The notes below the pieces were generated by a model. The model did not search any database. It was not told the DNA's origin and saw only the letters and a list, made by a program, of their open reading frames with translations. DNA of 56,178 nucleotides from an uncultured Fidelibacterota bacterium (GTDB lineage: Bacteria; Fidelibacterota; Marinisomatia; Marinisomatales; UBA1611), in the NCBI GenBank assembly GCA_902611135.1, contig CACLYL010000003.1:1-56178 (forward strand), given 5' to 3'. Shown here one piece after another: positions 29,553 through 39,040 of the stretch. Within the stretch, counting starts at the first letter, position 1; each line of letters begins with the position of its first letter. A program made the position numbers and the translations under genes.

Positions 29553-29587
29553 TAATTTAATCCCAACCAAAAAACGTGAGCTTATAA

Positions 29588-30394
29588 ATGGATAAGTCAA
29601 TAAAAATAGCTTCTGTACAAATGCATGTTTCAAATAATAACGAGAAAAATCTTCAAACAATGGAAGATTGTTTAAAATATATTAATAGTTTCTTTAAAGA
29701 TGTTGATTTAGTTGTTTTCCCTGAACTTTGCTCTATGAGCTTAGATCTAACTATGGAAAATCAAGCGGAAGAAATTCCAGGGTCTATTTCTAACTTGTTT
29801 TCTAAATGGGCAAAAAAGTATAATAAATGGTTAATACCGGGAAGTGTTTATGAAAAGTATTCTAATAAGGTTTACAATTCTGCGCCTGTTTTTTCACCAA
29901 GTGGGAAATTATTGGGCGTCTACAGAAAAAGATATCCCTGGTCTCCTTATGAAAAGACCAACCCGGGACAAACTCCTTTTACTTTTAAAATAAAGGGCGT
30001 AGGTAAAATTGGTTTAATGATTTGTTATGATATGTGGTTTCCTGAAGTCGCCAGAGATTTAACAAACCTCGGTGCTGAAGTAATTATTGTCCCAACTATG
30101 ACAACGACTGGAGACAGGCTACATGAACAAATCATTTCGCAATCAATTGCAATAACTCATCAATGTTATTTAATATCATGTAATGGGGTTGGCATTGGAG
30201 GAGTTGGTGGATCTCAAATTATAGATCCAGAGGGAATGATTTTGCAAAAGAATGGCGAAGGCGCTGTCATTCAAACAGCGATTATTGACTTTGATCACGT
30301 AAAAAAAGTACGAGAGAAAGGAATAGCGGGAATCACAAACCCTCATAAAGCGTTTAGAAAGAACAAACAATACTTCAAAGTGTACAATAAATAA
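29588..30394 (+). CDS. Carbon-nitrogen hydrolase (nitrilase superfamily)
   Basis: Catalytic triad VFPEL / YRK / ICYDMWFPE. Confidence 0.9.
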   Translation: MDKSIKIASVQMHVSNNNEKNLQTMEDCLKYINSFFKDVDLVVFPELCSMSLDLTMENQAEEIPGSISNLFSKWAKKYNKWLIPGSVYEKYSNKVYNSAPVFSPSGKLLGVYRKRYPWSPYEKTNPGQTPFTFKIKGVGKIGLMICYDMWFPEVARDLTNLGAEVIIVPTMTTTGDRLHEQIISQSIAITHQCYLISCNGVGIGGVGGSQIIDPEGMILQKNGEGAVIQTAIIDFDHVKKVREKGIAGITNPHKAFRKNKQYFKVYNK

Positions 30395-30402
30395 ATTACT
30401 TA

Positions 30403-30822
30403 ATGATTTTTATTAAAAAAGGTATTTATATAATCGAAAAGGATATATCTCTAAAAAATATAAAGTCTTCTGGACCAGGAGGCCAAAACATAAATAAAGT
30501 ATCAACTGGTGTCCATTTAAAATATCCAATCCATTCGAATCATTATCCTGTCTGGTTCACTGAGAACTTAACAGAAAAATATAATGGTTTAATTTCTAAA
30601 AAAGGCTTTTTGAATATTAAGGTTGTATCTAATCGATCTCAATTAAGAAACAGAAAAAAAGCGATTAACAAGTTAATTGAAATATTTAATCAAGCAACTA
30701 AAACCAATAAAAAAAGAATTAAAACTTCCCCTACCAAGTCTTCTCAATTAAAGAGGTTGGATATAAAAAGGAAAAACAGCTTAAAAAAAGAATATCGAAA
30801 AAGCATAAAGTCTCCTTATTAA
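30403..30822 (+). CDS. arfB: Alternative ribosome-rescue peptidyl-tRNA hydrolase ArfB
   Basis: SSGPGGQNINKVST, RSQLRNR, and a basic C-tail KKRIKTSPTKSSQLKRL..KRKNS.KK..R. Confidence 0.88.
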   Translation: MIFIKKGIYIIEKDISLKNIKSSGPGGQNINKVSTGVHLKYPIHSNHYPVWFTENLTEKYNGLISKKGFLNIKVVSNRSQLRNRKKAINKLIEIFNQATKTNKKRIKTSPTKSSQLKRLDIKRKNSLKKEYRKSIKSPY

Positions 30823-30835
30823 AAATTGCGTATAA

Positions 30836-32509
30836 TTATTTCATAAAAATCATTTTTCTTAATTTTGACTTACTGCCCATTTTTAATTGATATAAATAAA
30901 CGCCGTTAGAGGCAAGTTTATAATGCTTATCTTGTCCATTCCAGGAAATTTCATAAGACCCCGAACTTTTAAACCCCTTATAAAGCTCTTTAATATGTCT
31001 CCCAGAAACATCATAAATCGATATTTCAATATCCCCATCATTGTTCAAAAAATATTCAAATTTTGTTGTTGGGTTAAATGGGTTAGGATAATTTTGATTC
31101 AGCCTAAAATTTTTAATAATCGTTTTATTCTCATGAATTGATAGACTTTGTTCTTCGTGCTCTAGCATAAATAATTGTGGTTTATCCGATGCAAAACTAC
31201 CGGACGAAAAAACAATATCACCATTGCCATCATTATCTATATCACCTGGGAAAAGCTTTGCGACTCTCACTTTTCCTTGATCATTGTTAGGAGTATAATT
31301 ATCCGTAGTGTCATCCATAAAGACAATGGTTTCCACATAGCTGTTTGGAGATAAGGGGTCCCCTTCTATATATTCCCAATCATAAATTGATTCGTTATAA
31401 TGACCTGCAATATATATGTTAGGATTCCCATCTAAATCTACATCACCAACTTGTATCTGTCTCAACCCTCCTTGATATGTCCCAAAAAGGTTAAAATTTG
31501 AAAATGAAAGCAGGCTAACGTCTTCAACCCCTTCAGCCGCATAAAAGGAACCTGGAGATAACAAGTTTCCCTCCAAATCATTCACTCCTGAGGTTACTAC
31601 AAATAGTTCATTATTACCATCCTCATTAATATCTACAATTATTATACTTTGATTCCCTCTTTCATATGCTTGATCACTTACATAAAAATCCGTTTGATAA
31701 TTGTATAAGTCCTCTCCTTCATTTTCATAGATTATAATATGATAAAATTCATAAGCAACCGTATAAATTTCTTTGTATCCATCTTGGTCCAGATCCCCAA
31801 TCGTAATATTATATCCACTCCAATTCGTCCATGAGGGATCTTCATATTCAATATTCCATTCAGGATTTGCTAAGTCATCGTTGGATAATTCAAAAATCAT
31901 AATTCGACTACTTCCAGTTTCTCCCCATGGGCCATCCATTATTGAAACAACAACCTCAGGGCTTGGATCACCATCTAGCTCATCTACAACTATTTGAGCA
32001 GCCTCCCATACATCATATAGTCCCATTCCCCAAGTTGCCGTTGGGGTTGATAAAAAGGACATTGAATCAGTTGACCACTCAAAAATTTGAAGAGCATCTT
32101 GTCTTGAAGAATCTGGATCTGTATCTACTAAAGCAATTATTTCAAGTAACCCATCTTGATCGAGATCTCCTACAGAAACACTTGAATAATTATCATAAGT
32201 ACAACTTAAATCATAGAATGTATAAACCCAGTTTAAAGTGATTGAATCATTTTCAGTTGCTTCATAATGATAGACACCATTACAATATTCTCCACTATAT
32301 GAACTAGAAACAACAAAATCACCGTACCCGTCATTATCAAAATCATAAGGGCCTACCATATTCCACGCCGGCCCAGCAGGAATTAGCCCTCCTGCACCCC
32401 AAGGTTCATTTTGCCATTTTAATGAAAAGGAGGAATCAATATCGGTTGAAAAAGTTAGCGATATTAATAAAAAAGACACTTTTATAAATTTTAAATTATA
32501 TAATTTCAT
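30836..32509 (-). CDS. Exported FG-GAP/VCBS-repeat protein with YPNPFNP (FlgD-Ig/T9SS-like) C-terminal domain
   Basis: Repeats GDLDQDG..EI, DFDNDGYGD, GDIDNDGNGD. C-terminus LNQNYPNPFNPTT...WNGQD...GVYLYQL...KMIFMK. Confidence 0.8.
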   Translation of the reverse strand: MKLYNLKFIKVSFLLISLTFSTDIDSSFSLKWQNEPWGAGGLIPAGPAWNMVGPYDFDNDGYGDFVVSSSYSGEYCNGVYHYEATENDSITLNWVYTFYDLSCTYDNYSSVSVGDLDQDGLLEIIALVDTDPDSSRQDALQIFEWSTDSMSFLSTPTATWGMGLYDVWEAAQIVVDELDGDPSPEVVVSIMDGPWGETGSSRIMIFELSNDDLANPEWNIEYEDPSWTNWSGYNITIGDLDQDGYKEIYTVAYEFYHIIIYENEGEDLYNYQTDFYVSDQAYERGNQSIIIVDINEDGNNELFVVTSGVNDLEGNLLSPGSFYAAEGVEDVSLLSFSNFNLFGTYQGGLRQIQVGDVDLDGNPNIYIAGHYNESIYDWEYIEGDPLSPNSYVETIVFMDDTTDNYTPNNDQGKVRVAKLFPGDIDNDGNGDIVFSSGSFASDKPQLFMLEHEEQSLSIHENKTIIKNFRLNQNYPNPFNPTTKFEYFLNNDGDIEISIYDVSGRHIKELYKGFKSSGSYEISWNGQDKHYKLASNGVYLYQLKMGSKSKLRKMIFMK

Positions 32510-32580
32510 TTTAAACCCTTGATTGAATAAATATTTATCTGTTTATGATTTTCTAAAAATAACTAGATTTAATTTATATT

Positions 32581-34014
32581 ATGTTAAGATTACTTTACAA
32601 TAAATCTAAAGTTTTAAAGTTCTATTTTAGTTTATTTTATATTCTATATTCACAAGAGCCCTTTTTAGAGATTAGGCCATATGCTGCTCCAAGCTATGAA
32701 CAATACCCTATTAGCGCACAGCTAGATCATCAATTCCCAACATCAAATATTGCAGACGATGTTTTTCTTCGATTTGATGGCTTTACTTTTGATGGAAATG
32801 TCATCTATCCTAATTGTTTAAATGGCATCTCTTGTTATGATGGTCACGCAGGGGTTGATTTTCATATGCCTTTTGACACTCCTATTCTTGCTCCCGCAAA
32901 TGGATATGTTATATGGGCTTCATTTACAGACCCAGCAGACCCCTGTCCTGGGGGTATTGAACCTAATGGGGACCAGGGAACGATTATACTTGCTCATGGG
33001 AACGATTATTTTTCAGTTTATTTACATATGAACCCTCCTTTAAATGTATCTGTGGGAGAAAATGTCCTCACTGGGGACACACTAGGGTTTAATGGCAACA
33101 GTGGCTGTGCTGTTGACGCTCATCTTCATTTTGAGATTAGAAAAGGGAATTGGTATTTTAACTCAACGGATCCATGGGCAATAGACCCTTATGGATGGTG
33201 GGGCTCTTTTACAGATCCCATTGAACAAATACGAGACAACCAAAGTGATTGGCTCTGGATATCTTCTGATTTGATTGATGATGGGGATAATGGATTTCAA
33301 AGATATCAAGGGCCCAACTGGTCTTATTTTAATTATGGGTATGATAATGATTCTTGGTCTGCTCCAGCTACAACAAATGCAAACGATAGTCGCCACTTTT
33401 CAATTTGGGTGCCCTATTTAGAAAATTCTGGCGTTTATGATATAGAAGTATTTATCCCTGATGGTCCTAATGCAACTAATGGTGCTATTTACGAGGTTAT
33501 TGTCAGAAATATTGATAATACAAATTCCATCCAAAGTATAGTTCTGGATCAAACGATTAATGTAAATAATTTTAGTAATCTAACAACACTAGAGTTACCA
33601 AGTGGATCAAATTGTAGCATTATACTGCGAGATATTGTTGATCAAGGTTCTTCTGGCGAGAATGTCTATTTTGATGCAGTTAGATTTTTAAGTACTGAAA
33701 CATCCAGCTCTATGCAAGACACTATAAAAAGACAGGACAATCTCAACATGTTTCCTTTGTATCCAAATCCCTTTAATCCATCAATTTCATTTCAATATCA
33801 AACAAATTTAAAGTCCAACATTTTTATAAAAATTTACAATTCTAATGGAGTGCTTGTTGATTCATTTGTAAAAGAAGATCAACTAGTGGGAAGCCATCAT
33901 TTTAAATGGATAGCCAAAGATTCAAATGGAAAAACTCTTCCATCTGGTTTATATTTTATTACTATCAGTAATGAAATGAAAACAGACGTTAAGAAAGCCT
34001 TGTTAATTCATTAA
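32581..34014 (+). CDS. M23 family metallopeptidase with golvesin-like beta domain and YPNPFNP C-terminal domain
   Basis: GHAGVDF (HxxxD), YLHM, HLHFE (HxH); FDAVRF; LYPNPFNP...LPSGLYF. Confidence 0.8.
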   Translation: MLRLLYNKSKVLKFYFSLFYILYSQEPFLEIRPYAAPSYEQYPISAQLDHQFPTSNIADDVFLRFDGFTFDGNVIYPNCLNGISCYDGHAGVDFHMPFDTPILAPANGYVIWASFTDPADPCPGGIEPNGDQGTIILAHGNDYFSVYLHMNPPLNVSVGENVLTGDTLGFNGNSGCAVDAHLHFEIRKGNWYFNSTDPWAIDPYGWWGSFTDPIEQIRDNQSDWLWISSDLIDDGDNGFQRYQGPNWSYFNYGYDNDSWSAPATTNANDSRHFSIWVPYLENSGVYDIEVFIPDGPNATNGAIYEVIVRNIDNTNSIQSIVLDQTINVNNFSNLTTLELPSGSNCSIILRDIVDQGSSGENVYFDAVRFLSTETSSSMQDTIKRQDNLNMFPLYPNPFNPSISFQYQTNLKSNIFIKIYNSNGVLVDSFVKEDQLVGSHHFKWIAKDSNGKTLPSGLYFITISNEMKTDVKKALLIH

Positions 34015-34034
34015 AAACCCATAAGGATAAAGAT

Positions 34035-34814
34035 ATAACCAGCATTAATTACAAAGAACTCTTCAAAAAGGAAGGGTTTTTGATAAAGAGAGACCTATTC
34101 TCTAAAAATAAATTAAGAACTTATATTAATGAATTTGATCGGATTGTTTCTCAATTAATAAAAAGTAAAGAGAACATAAATGCAAAATGGAGTACTATTT
34201 TAACAAAAGAGATTGAATCAAGTAAATCCAAAGTTTTCCATACCCACAATGTTCAGAGTTATTCTGCTAAAATGCTCTCAATGATTCTAAATAAAGAGTT
34301 GTTGGACATAATTGAACTTTTAATTGGCCCCGATATTATTTTACATCATTCAAAACTTTTTTTTAAACCTCCTTTAATTGGAGCAGCTTTTCCACTACAT
34401 CAAGATTGGTCTTATTTTCCAACAAAGAGAGATACAATGATAGCAGCTGTTATTCATTTATCCAAGTCTGATGAAGAAATGGGCTGTTTTCGAATTATCC
34501 CAAAGTCCCATCATTTGGGTAAAATAAATGATTCTGATGGACATACATACAATAAAAGGATTCATCAAAAATATCAGTTAGATAGCGCGTTACCAATTAT
34601 TGCTAAACCAGGAGATGTCCTTTTTTTCGACGCAAGAACAATACATGGGTCCTTACCAAATAATTCAATAGAAGCTAGAAAAACAATTTTGTTACAGTTG
34701 TATTCAGGAATGGATGAAATAGTACCAAACAATAAGCATACTAACGTTCAGTTAGTTCTTAGAGGAATAAATCACAATGCAACAAGAAGTTCAGTATCAA
34801 ATATTAAAGCATAA
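34035..34814 (+). CDS. Phytanoyl-CoA dioxygenase (PhyH) family Fe(II)/2-oxoglutarate oxygenase
   Basis: FFKPP, LHQDW (HxD), GDVLFF...IHGS..N.S..R. The ORF track starts at TTG 34080, but the conserved N-terminal motif extends upstream to a probable ATA start at 34035. Confidence 0.85.
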   Translation: MTSINYKELFKKEGFLIKRDLFSKNKLRTYINEFDRIVSQLIKSKENINAKWSTILTKEIESSKSKVFHTHNVQSYSAKMLSMILNKELLDIIELLIGPDIILHHSKLFFKPPLIGAAFPLHQDWSYFPTKRDTMIAAVIHLSKSDEEMGCFRIIPKSHHLGKINDSDGHTYNKRIHQKYQLDSALPIIAKPGDVLFFDARTIHGSLPNNSIEARKTILLQLYSGMDEIVPNNKHTNVQLVLRGINHNATRSSVSNIKA

Positions 34815-37158
34815 AAGTTTAATTGTATTATGTTTTTTAAGTTTTGCTTTTTATAATTGTGAATTCAAAATAGGTAAAGAAAGCATGTTAAATAATTCTA
34901 TTTCAATTATTCCTCAGCCACAATCTGTTAAACTCAAAGACGGAACAACAAATCTTAGATTATTAAAACAGATAAGCTTAGAAAATGATCTAAATGAAGA
35001 ACGAATTGTTGGGAACCTATTTAAAAATTTTTTGTTAAGCATTCATGAAAACGGGCTGACTATAACTACACAAAAGCATGGATCCAATGAAATATATATT
35101 AATTTGGATCCTGTTTTAAAAATAAAAGAAGAAGGATACATTCTTGAAGTAACTAAGGAAAATTTAATAAAGATTATTGCTTCCTCCTCTTCAGGTTTAT
35201 TTTATGCTTTTCAATCTTTCAGACAACTGCTGGATCCTAATATTGAAATTGGACGAGAGAAAGATTTTAAAATTACAAATTGTCAAATTAAAGATGAACC
35301 CACATTCGGCTATCGGGGAATGCATTTAGATGTATCTCGTCATTTCTTTAATGTTGATTTTATAAAAACTTACATAGATATGATTGCACTTCATAAGATG
35401 AACATATTTCATTGGCATTTAACAGATGATAATGGTTGGAGAATAGAAATAGATGCTTACCCAGGATTAACGACAACCGCTGCTTGGAGAGTAGATAGAC
35501 GTCACGAACCATGGAAAGAATGGTCTCCTATTCAAAAAGGAGAAAAAGCTACATATGGTGGCTTTTACAGCAAAGATGACATTAAAGAGGTTGTTCAATA
35601 TGCAAAAGATAGACACATAAAAATCATTCCTGAAATCGAAATGCCAGGACATACTTCGGAGGTGTTTTCAGCCTATCCTGAACTCTCTTGTAATGGACAG
35701 TATATACCGGTAAATCCTGGTTCATATTGGCCGAATACTGACATATTTTGTGCGGGAAATGATAATGTTTTTACTTTTCTTGAAAATGTTTTAGAAGAGG
35801 TTTTTGAATTGTTCCCTGGCAACTACATCCACATTGGAGGAGATGAGGCTGATAAAACAAGCTGGAAAGAATGTCCAAAATGTCAGAAAAGAATTAAAGA
35901 AGAGGGGCTAAAAGATGAACATGAGCTACAAAGTTGGTTTATAAAAAGAGTTGAAAAATTTGTTTTATCAAGAAAGAAGGATTTGATAGGCTGGGATGAA
36001 ATACTTGAAGGTGGTCTTGCTCAATCAGCTACTGTAATGAGCTGGAGAGGAACTAAAGGCGGTGTAGAGGCTGCAAAGCTTGGGCATGAAGTTGTGATGT
36101 GTCCTGTTACACATTGCTATTTTGATTATTATCAATCTGATCCAGAAAAAGCACCAAAAGCATTTGGTGGATTAATTACTTTAAAAAAGGTTTATTCATA
36201 TAATCCGATACCAGAGGATCTACCAAAAAAGAAAACGCATCTGGTCCTTGGAGGTCAAGGAAATTTATGGACAGAATACGTTCAAGATCCTGATATTGCA
36301 CAATATAGAGTTTTGCCTCGAATGTCTGCTTTATCTGAAGTATTATGGTCAGACCCATCACAAAGAGATTATGAAGATTTTTATAAGAGATTGTTAAATC
36401 TTCAAAAGAGGTTTGTCTTGCTTGGGTGGAATTTTTCTGAGGGTTCAAAAGAAGTCTTAATGGATTCATTCAGGGATACGTTAAACAATACAATGACAAT
36501 ATCAATTTCATCTGAGAAACCTGATAAATCCATTTTTTATTCTTTGGATAGCTCAGATGTTACATCGAACTCATTGCTGTACACAAAGCCGATCATCATA
36601 AATAAAACAACCAGAATAAAATCAGCTTTATTTGAAAAAGAAAAAAGAATTGGAAAAGTTTTAAGTCAAGTTTTTAGCATTCATAAAGCCATAGGAAAAG
36701 AGATTGAATATAAAACTCTTTACAGCGATAGGTACTCTGGTAGTGGTATTGATAATTTAATTAATGGCGTTAATGGGACATCTAGCTACAATGATGGAAA
36801 ATGGCAAGGCTGGAAAGGTAAACACGCAAATTTAATTATTGATTTTAAAAAAGAGGACTTAATCAATGAAGTTATCTTTGGGTTTCTTGAGTCCCACGAT
36901 GTTTGGATATTTTTGCCAAAGAAAATAAACGTATCTTTTCTAGATGAAAGGCTAACCGTGCTTAAACAAGACAGCCTTTTTATAGAGCAAAGTAAAACAG
37001 CAAAACCTCCAAACAGAAAACAATTTAAAATTAAAAACACAAATATTACCTGCCGTTACATAGAAATTACTGTCGAGAACCAAGGCCTTTGTCCAGAATG
37101 GCACCCAGGTAGCGGAAGTCATACCTGGTTATTTATGGATGAAATAAGTGTTAATTAG
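34777..37158 (+). CDS. Beta-N-acetylhexosaminidase (GH20) with C-terminal accessory domains
   Basis: YRGMHLDVSRHF, FHWHLTDD.GWR, PEIEMPGH, HIGGDEA, GWDEILEGG, LWTEY. Confidence 0.95.
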   Translation: MQQEVQYQILKHKSLIVLCFLSFAFYNCEFKIGKESMLNNSISIIPQPQSVKLKDGTTNLRLLKQISLENDLNEERIVGNLFKNFLLSIHENGLTITTQKHGSNEIYINLDPVLKIKEEGYILEVTKENLIKIIASSSSGLFYAFQSFRQLLDPNIEIGREKDFKITNCQIKDEPTFGYRGMHLDVSRHFFNVDFIKTYIDMIALHKMNIFHWHLTDDNGWRIEIDAYPGLTTTAAWRVDRRHEPWKEWSPIQKGEKATYGGFYSKDDIKEVVQYAKDRHIKIIPEIEMPGHTSEVFSAYPELSCNGQYIPVNPGSYWPNTDIFCAGNDNVFTFLENVLEEVFELFPGNYIHIGGDEADKTSWKECPKCQKRIKEEGLKDEHELQSWFIKRVEKFVLSRKKDLIGWDEILEGGLAQSATVMSWRGTKGGVEAAKLGHEVVMCPVTHCYFDYYQSDPEKAPKAFGGLITLKKVYSYNPIPEDLPKKKTHLVLGGQGNLWTEYVQDPDIAQYRVLPRMSALSEVLWSDPSQRDYEDFYKRLLNLQKRFVLLGWNFSEGSKEVLMDSFRDTLNNTMTISISSEKPDKSIFYSLDSSDVTSNSLLYTKPIIINKTTRIKSALFEKEKRIGKVLSQVFSIHKAIGKEIEYKTLYSDRYSGSGIDNLINGVNGTSSYNDGKWQGWKGKHANLIIDFKKEDLINEVIFGFLESHDVWIFLPKKINVSFLDERLTVLKQDSLFIEQSKTAKPPNRKQFKIKNTNITCRYIEITVENQGLCPEWHPGSGSHTWLFMDEISVN

Positions 37159-37160
37159 AT

Positions 37161-38573
37161 TCAGTGATTTACTTTTAGTACTGACAAGTAATTTGTTGTT
37201 CCCTTTATACCAACGGGGACACCTCCCGTTAAAACGAACTTTTCTTTTTCCAATAAAAAGCCCTCCTCATTTAAAACACTATTAGCAATTTGAGGAATCT
37301 CATCTGATGAGTCATATGCAGAAACAACAAAGGATTTTATCCCCCATACAATTTCAAGCTGTCTTGCTATTGATCTAAAAGGTGTCATTGCAACTATTCT
37401 TGATTTTGGTCTATAACGAGATACCATCCTCGCGGTGCTCCCAGTATGTGTCATTGTTACAATTGTTTCTATTCTTTGATCATGGGCAACCGAACAAGCA
37501 GCATGACTAATTGCTCTTGCTGTATTTAATATTTTTCGTCTTTTATATTTAAAATAATTTTTATAATTAATACTAGATTCCGTCTCTTTAATAACCCTTA
37601 ACAAAACCTTAATTACTCGTTTAGGATGTTTCCCAATTGCGGTTTCCCCAGTGACCATTAAAGCATCAGCTCCATCGAAAATTGAGTTCGCTATGTCACT
37701 GATTTCCGCTCTGGTAGGTACCGGTCTCTCAATCATAGAATCAAGTAACTGGGTCGCAATTACAACAGGTTTTCCTGCCTCTCTAGCTTTTTCAATAATT
37801 TTCTTTTGGATAAGGGGAACTTTTTCGGATGGGACCTCAACGCCCAAATCTCCACGCGCAACCATTACAGCATCAAATGAATTAATAATTTTTTTTGCAT
37901 TATTAACAGCCTCCCACTTTTCAATCTTTGCCATTACAGGAGTATCATACCCCAAATTCTTTATTTTAGATTTAACTAAATCATAATCAGAGGCAGCACG
38001 GACAAATGAAAGTGCAATCCAATCTGCACCATTAGTTAAAGACAGCTTAAGATCTTCTTCATCTTGGTCTGTTAAAGAAGGGATGTTTAATTCAACCCCT
38101 GGAAAATTTACTCCTTTCCTATTTTGAACTACACCCGGAATAATAATTTTACATAGTAAACTTCTCTCCGATAGCTCTTTAATTACTTTTAGCGTAATTA
38201 GACCATCATTAATTAAAATTTTTGCCCCATCCTCCACTCTCCGAAATTTTACATTTTTAGAAACAGGAATTACATTTTTCCCTAATTGTTCATTACTAAT
38301 AACAATCTCTTCCCCTTCATTTAAAACCATATCTTTTCTTAAACCACTAACTCTAATTTTAGGACCTGCTAAATCTGCTAAAATGGTAGGTCTAAACCCT
38401 GAATGCGTTATTGTCGTTTTAATAAGTTGAAATACTTTTTTCTTTTCTTTTGAAGTCCCATGAGATAAGTTGACTCTAAAGCAATTGACACCAACATTTA
38501 TTAATTTTTGTATCATTATATTATTTAAACAACTGGGGCCTACTGTTGCAATTATTTTTGTTCTTTGTCTCAT
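37161..38573 (-). CDS. pyk: Pyruvate kinase
   Basis: TKIIATVGP, RVNLSHG, DLAGPKIR, AKIEK, MVARGDLGVE, ATQLLDSM, PTRAEISD.AN. Confidence 0.97.
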   Translation of the reverse strand: MRQRTKIIATVGPSCLNNIMIQKLINVGVNCFRVNLSHGTSKEKKKVFQLIKTTITHSGFRPTILADLAGPKIRVSGLRKDMVLNEGEEIVISNEQLGKNVIPVSKNVKFRRVEDGAKILINDGLITLKVIKELSERSLLCKIIIPGVVQNRKGVNFPGVELNIPSLTDQDEEDLKLSLTNGADWIALSFVRAASDYDLVKSKIKNLGYDTPVMAKIEKWEAVNNAKKIINSFDAVMVARGDLGVEVPSEKVPLIQKKIIEKAREAGKPVVIATQLLDSMIERPVPTRAEISDIANSIFDGADALMVTGETAIGKHPKRVIKVLLRVIKETESSINYKNYFKYKRRKILNTARAISHAACSVAHDQRIETIVTMTHTGSTARMVSRYRPKSRIVAMTPFRSIARQLEIVWGIKSFVVSAYDSSDEIPQIANSVLNEEGFLLEKEKFVLTGGVPVGIKGTTNYLSVLKVNH

Positions 38574-38610
38574 TAATTTTTCCTAAAAGTATTTTTTATA
38601 TCATTCATTT

Positions 38611-38982
38611 TTAATTAAGAATTTCAGGCACAAATAAACGAAAAGGTTTTATTTTTACATCAAATTCAACTTTTTTGTCATTTACCATTGAAAATGCTCC
38701 TTTCATAAAACCAATTGGTGTTTTTAAATGACAAAAACTAACATATTCAAATGATTCATTTGGTAAAATTTTAGGCTGTTTACCAACAACTCCCGGGCCG
38801 TAGACGTCTTCAACATGTCCATTAGCATCCTTTATATTCCAATGCCTACTGAGTAATTTAATCCAATTAGGCTCATTATTAATTATTTTAACTTTATATG
38901 AAAAAAGGAAATAAGACTGTTCAGGTTTTGAACGATTAGGTAAATAATTTGATTTAACTATGACTTTTATCTGGTCATTCAT
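38611..38982 (-). CDS. apaG: ApaG protein
   Basis: LLSRHW.I.DANG..E.V.GPGVVG.QP, FEY.S.C.L.TP.G.M.G. Confidence 0.93.
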   Translation of the reverse strand: MNDQIKVIVKSNYLPNRSKPEQSYFLFSYKVKIINNEPNWIKLLSRHWNIKDANGHVEDVYGPGVVGKQPKILPNESFEYVSFCHLKTPIGFMKGAFSMVNDKKVEFDVKIKPFRLFVPEILN

Positions 38983-39040
38983 TGAATAAACTTATGACCT
39001 TTTTCTTTATGAAACGATTATTTACCTATAAATTTGAACT

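Noticed and set aside
10591-38573. Co-occurrence of ppdK and pyk as a special system
   Set aside because: A common metabolic combination, and the genes are 24 kb apart and unlinked.
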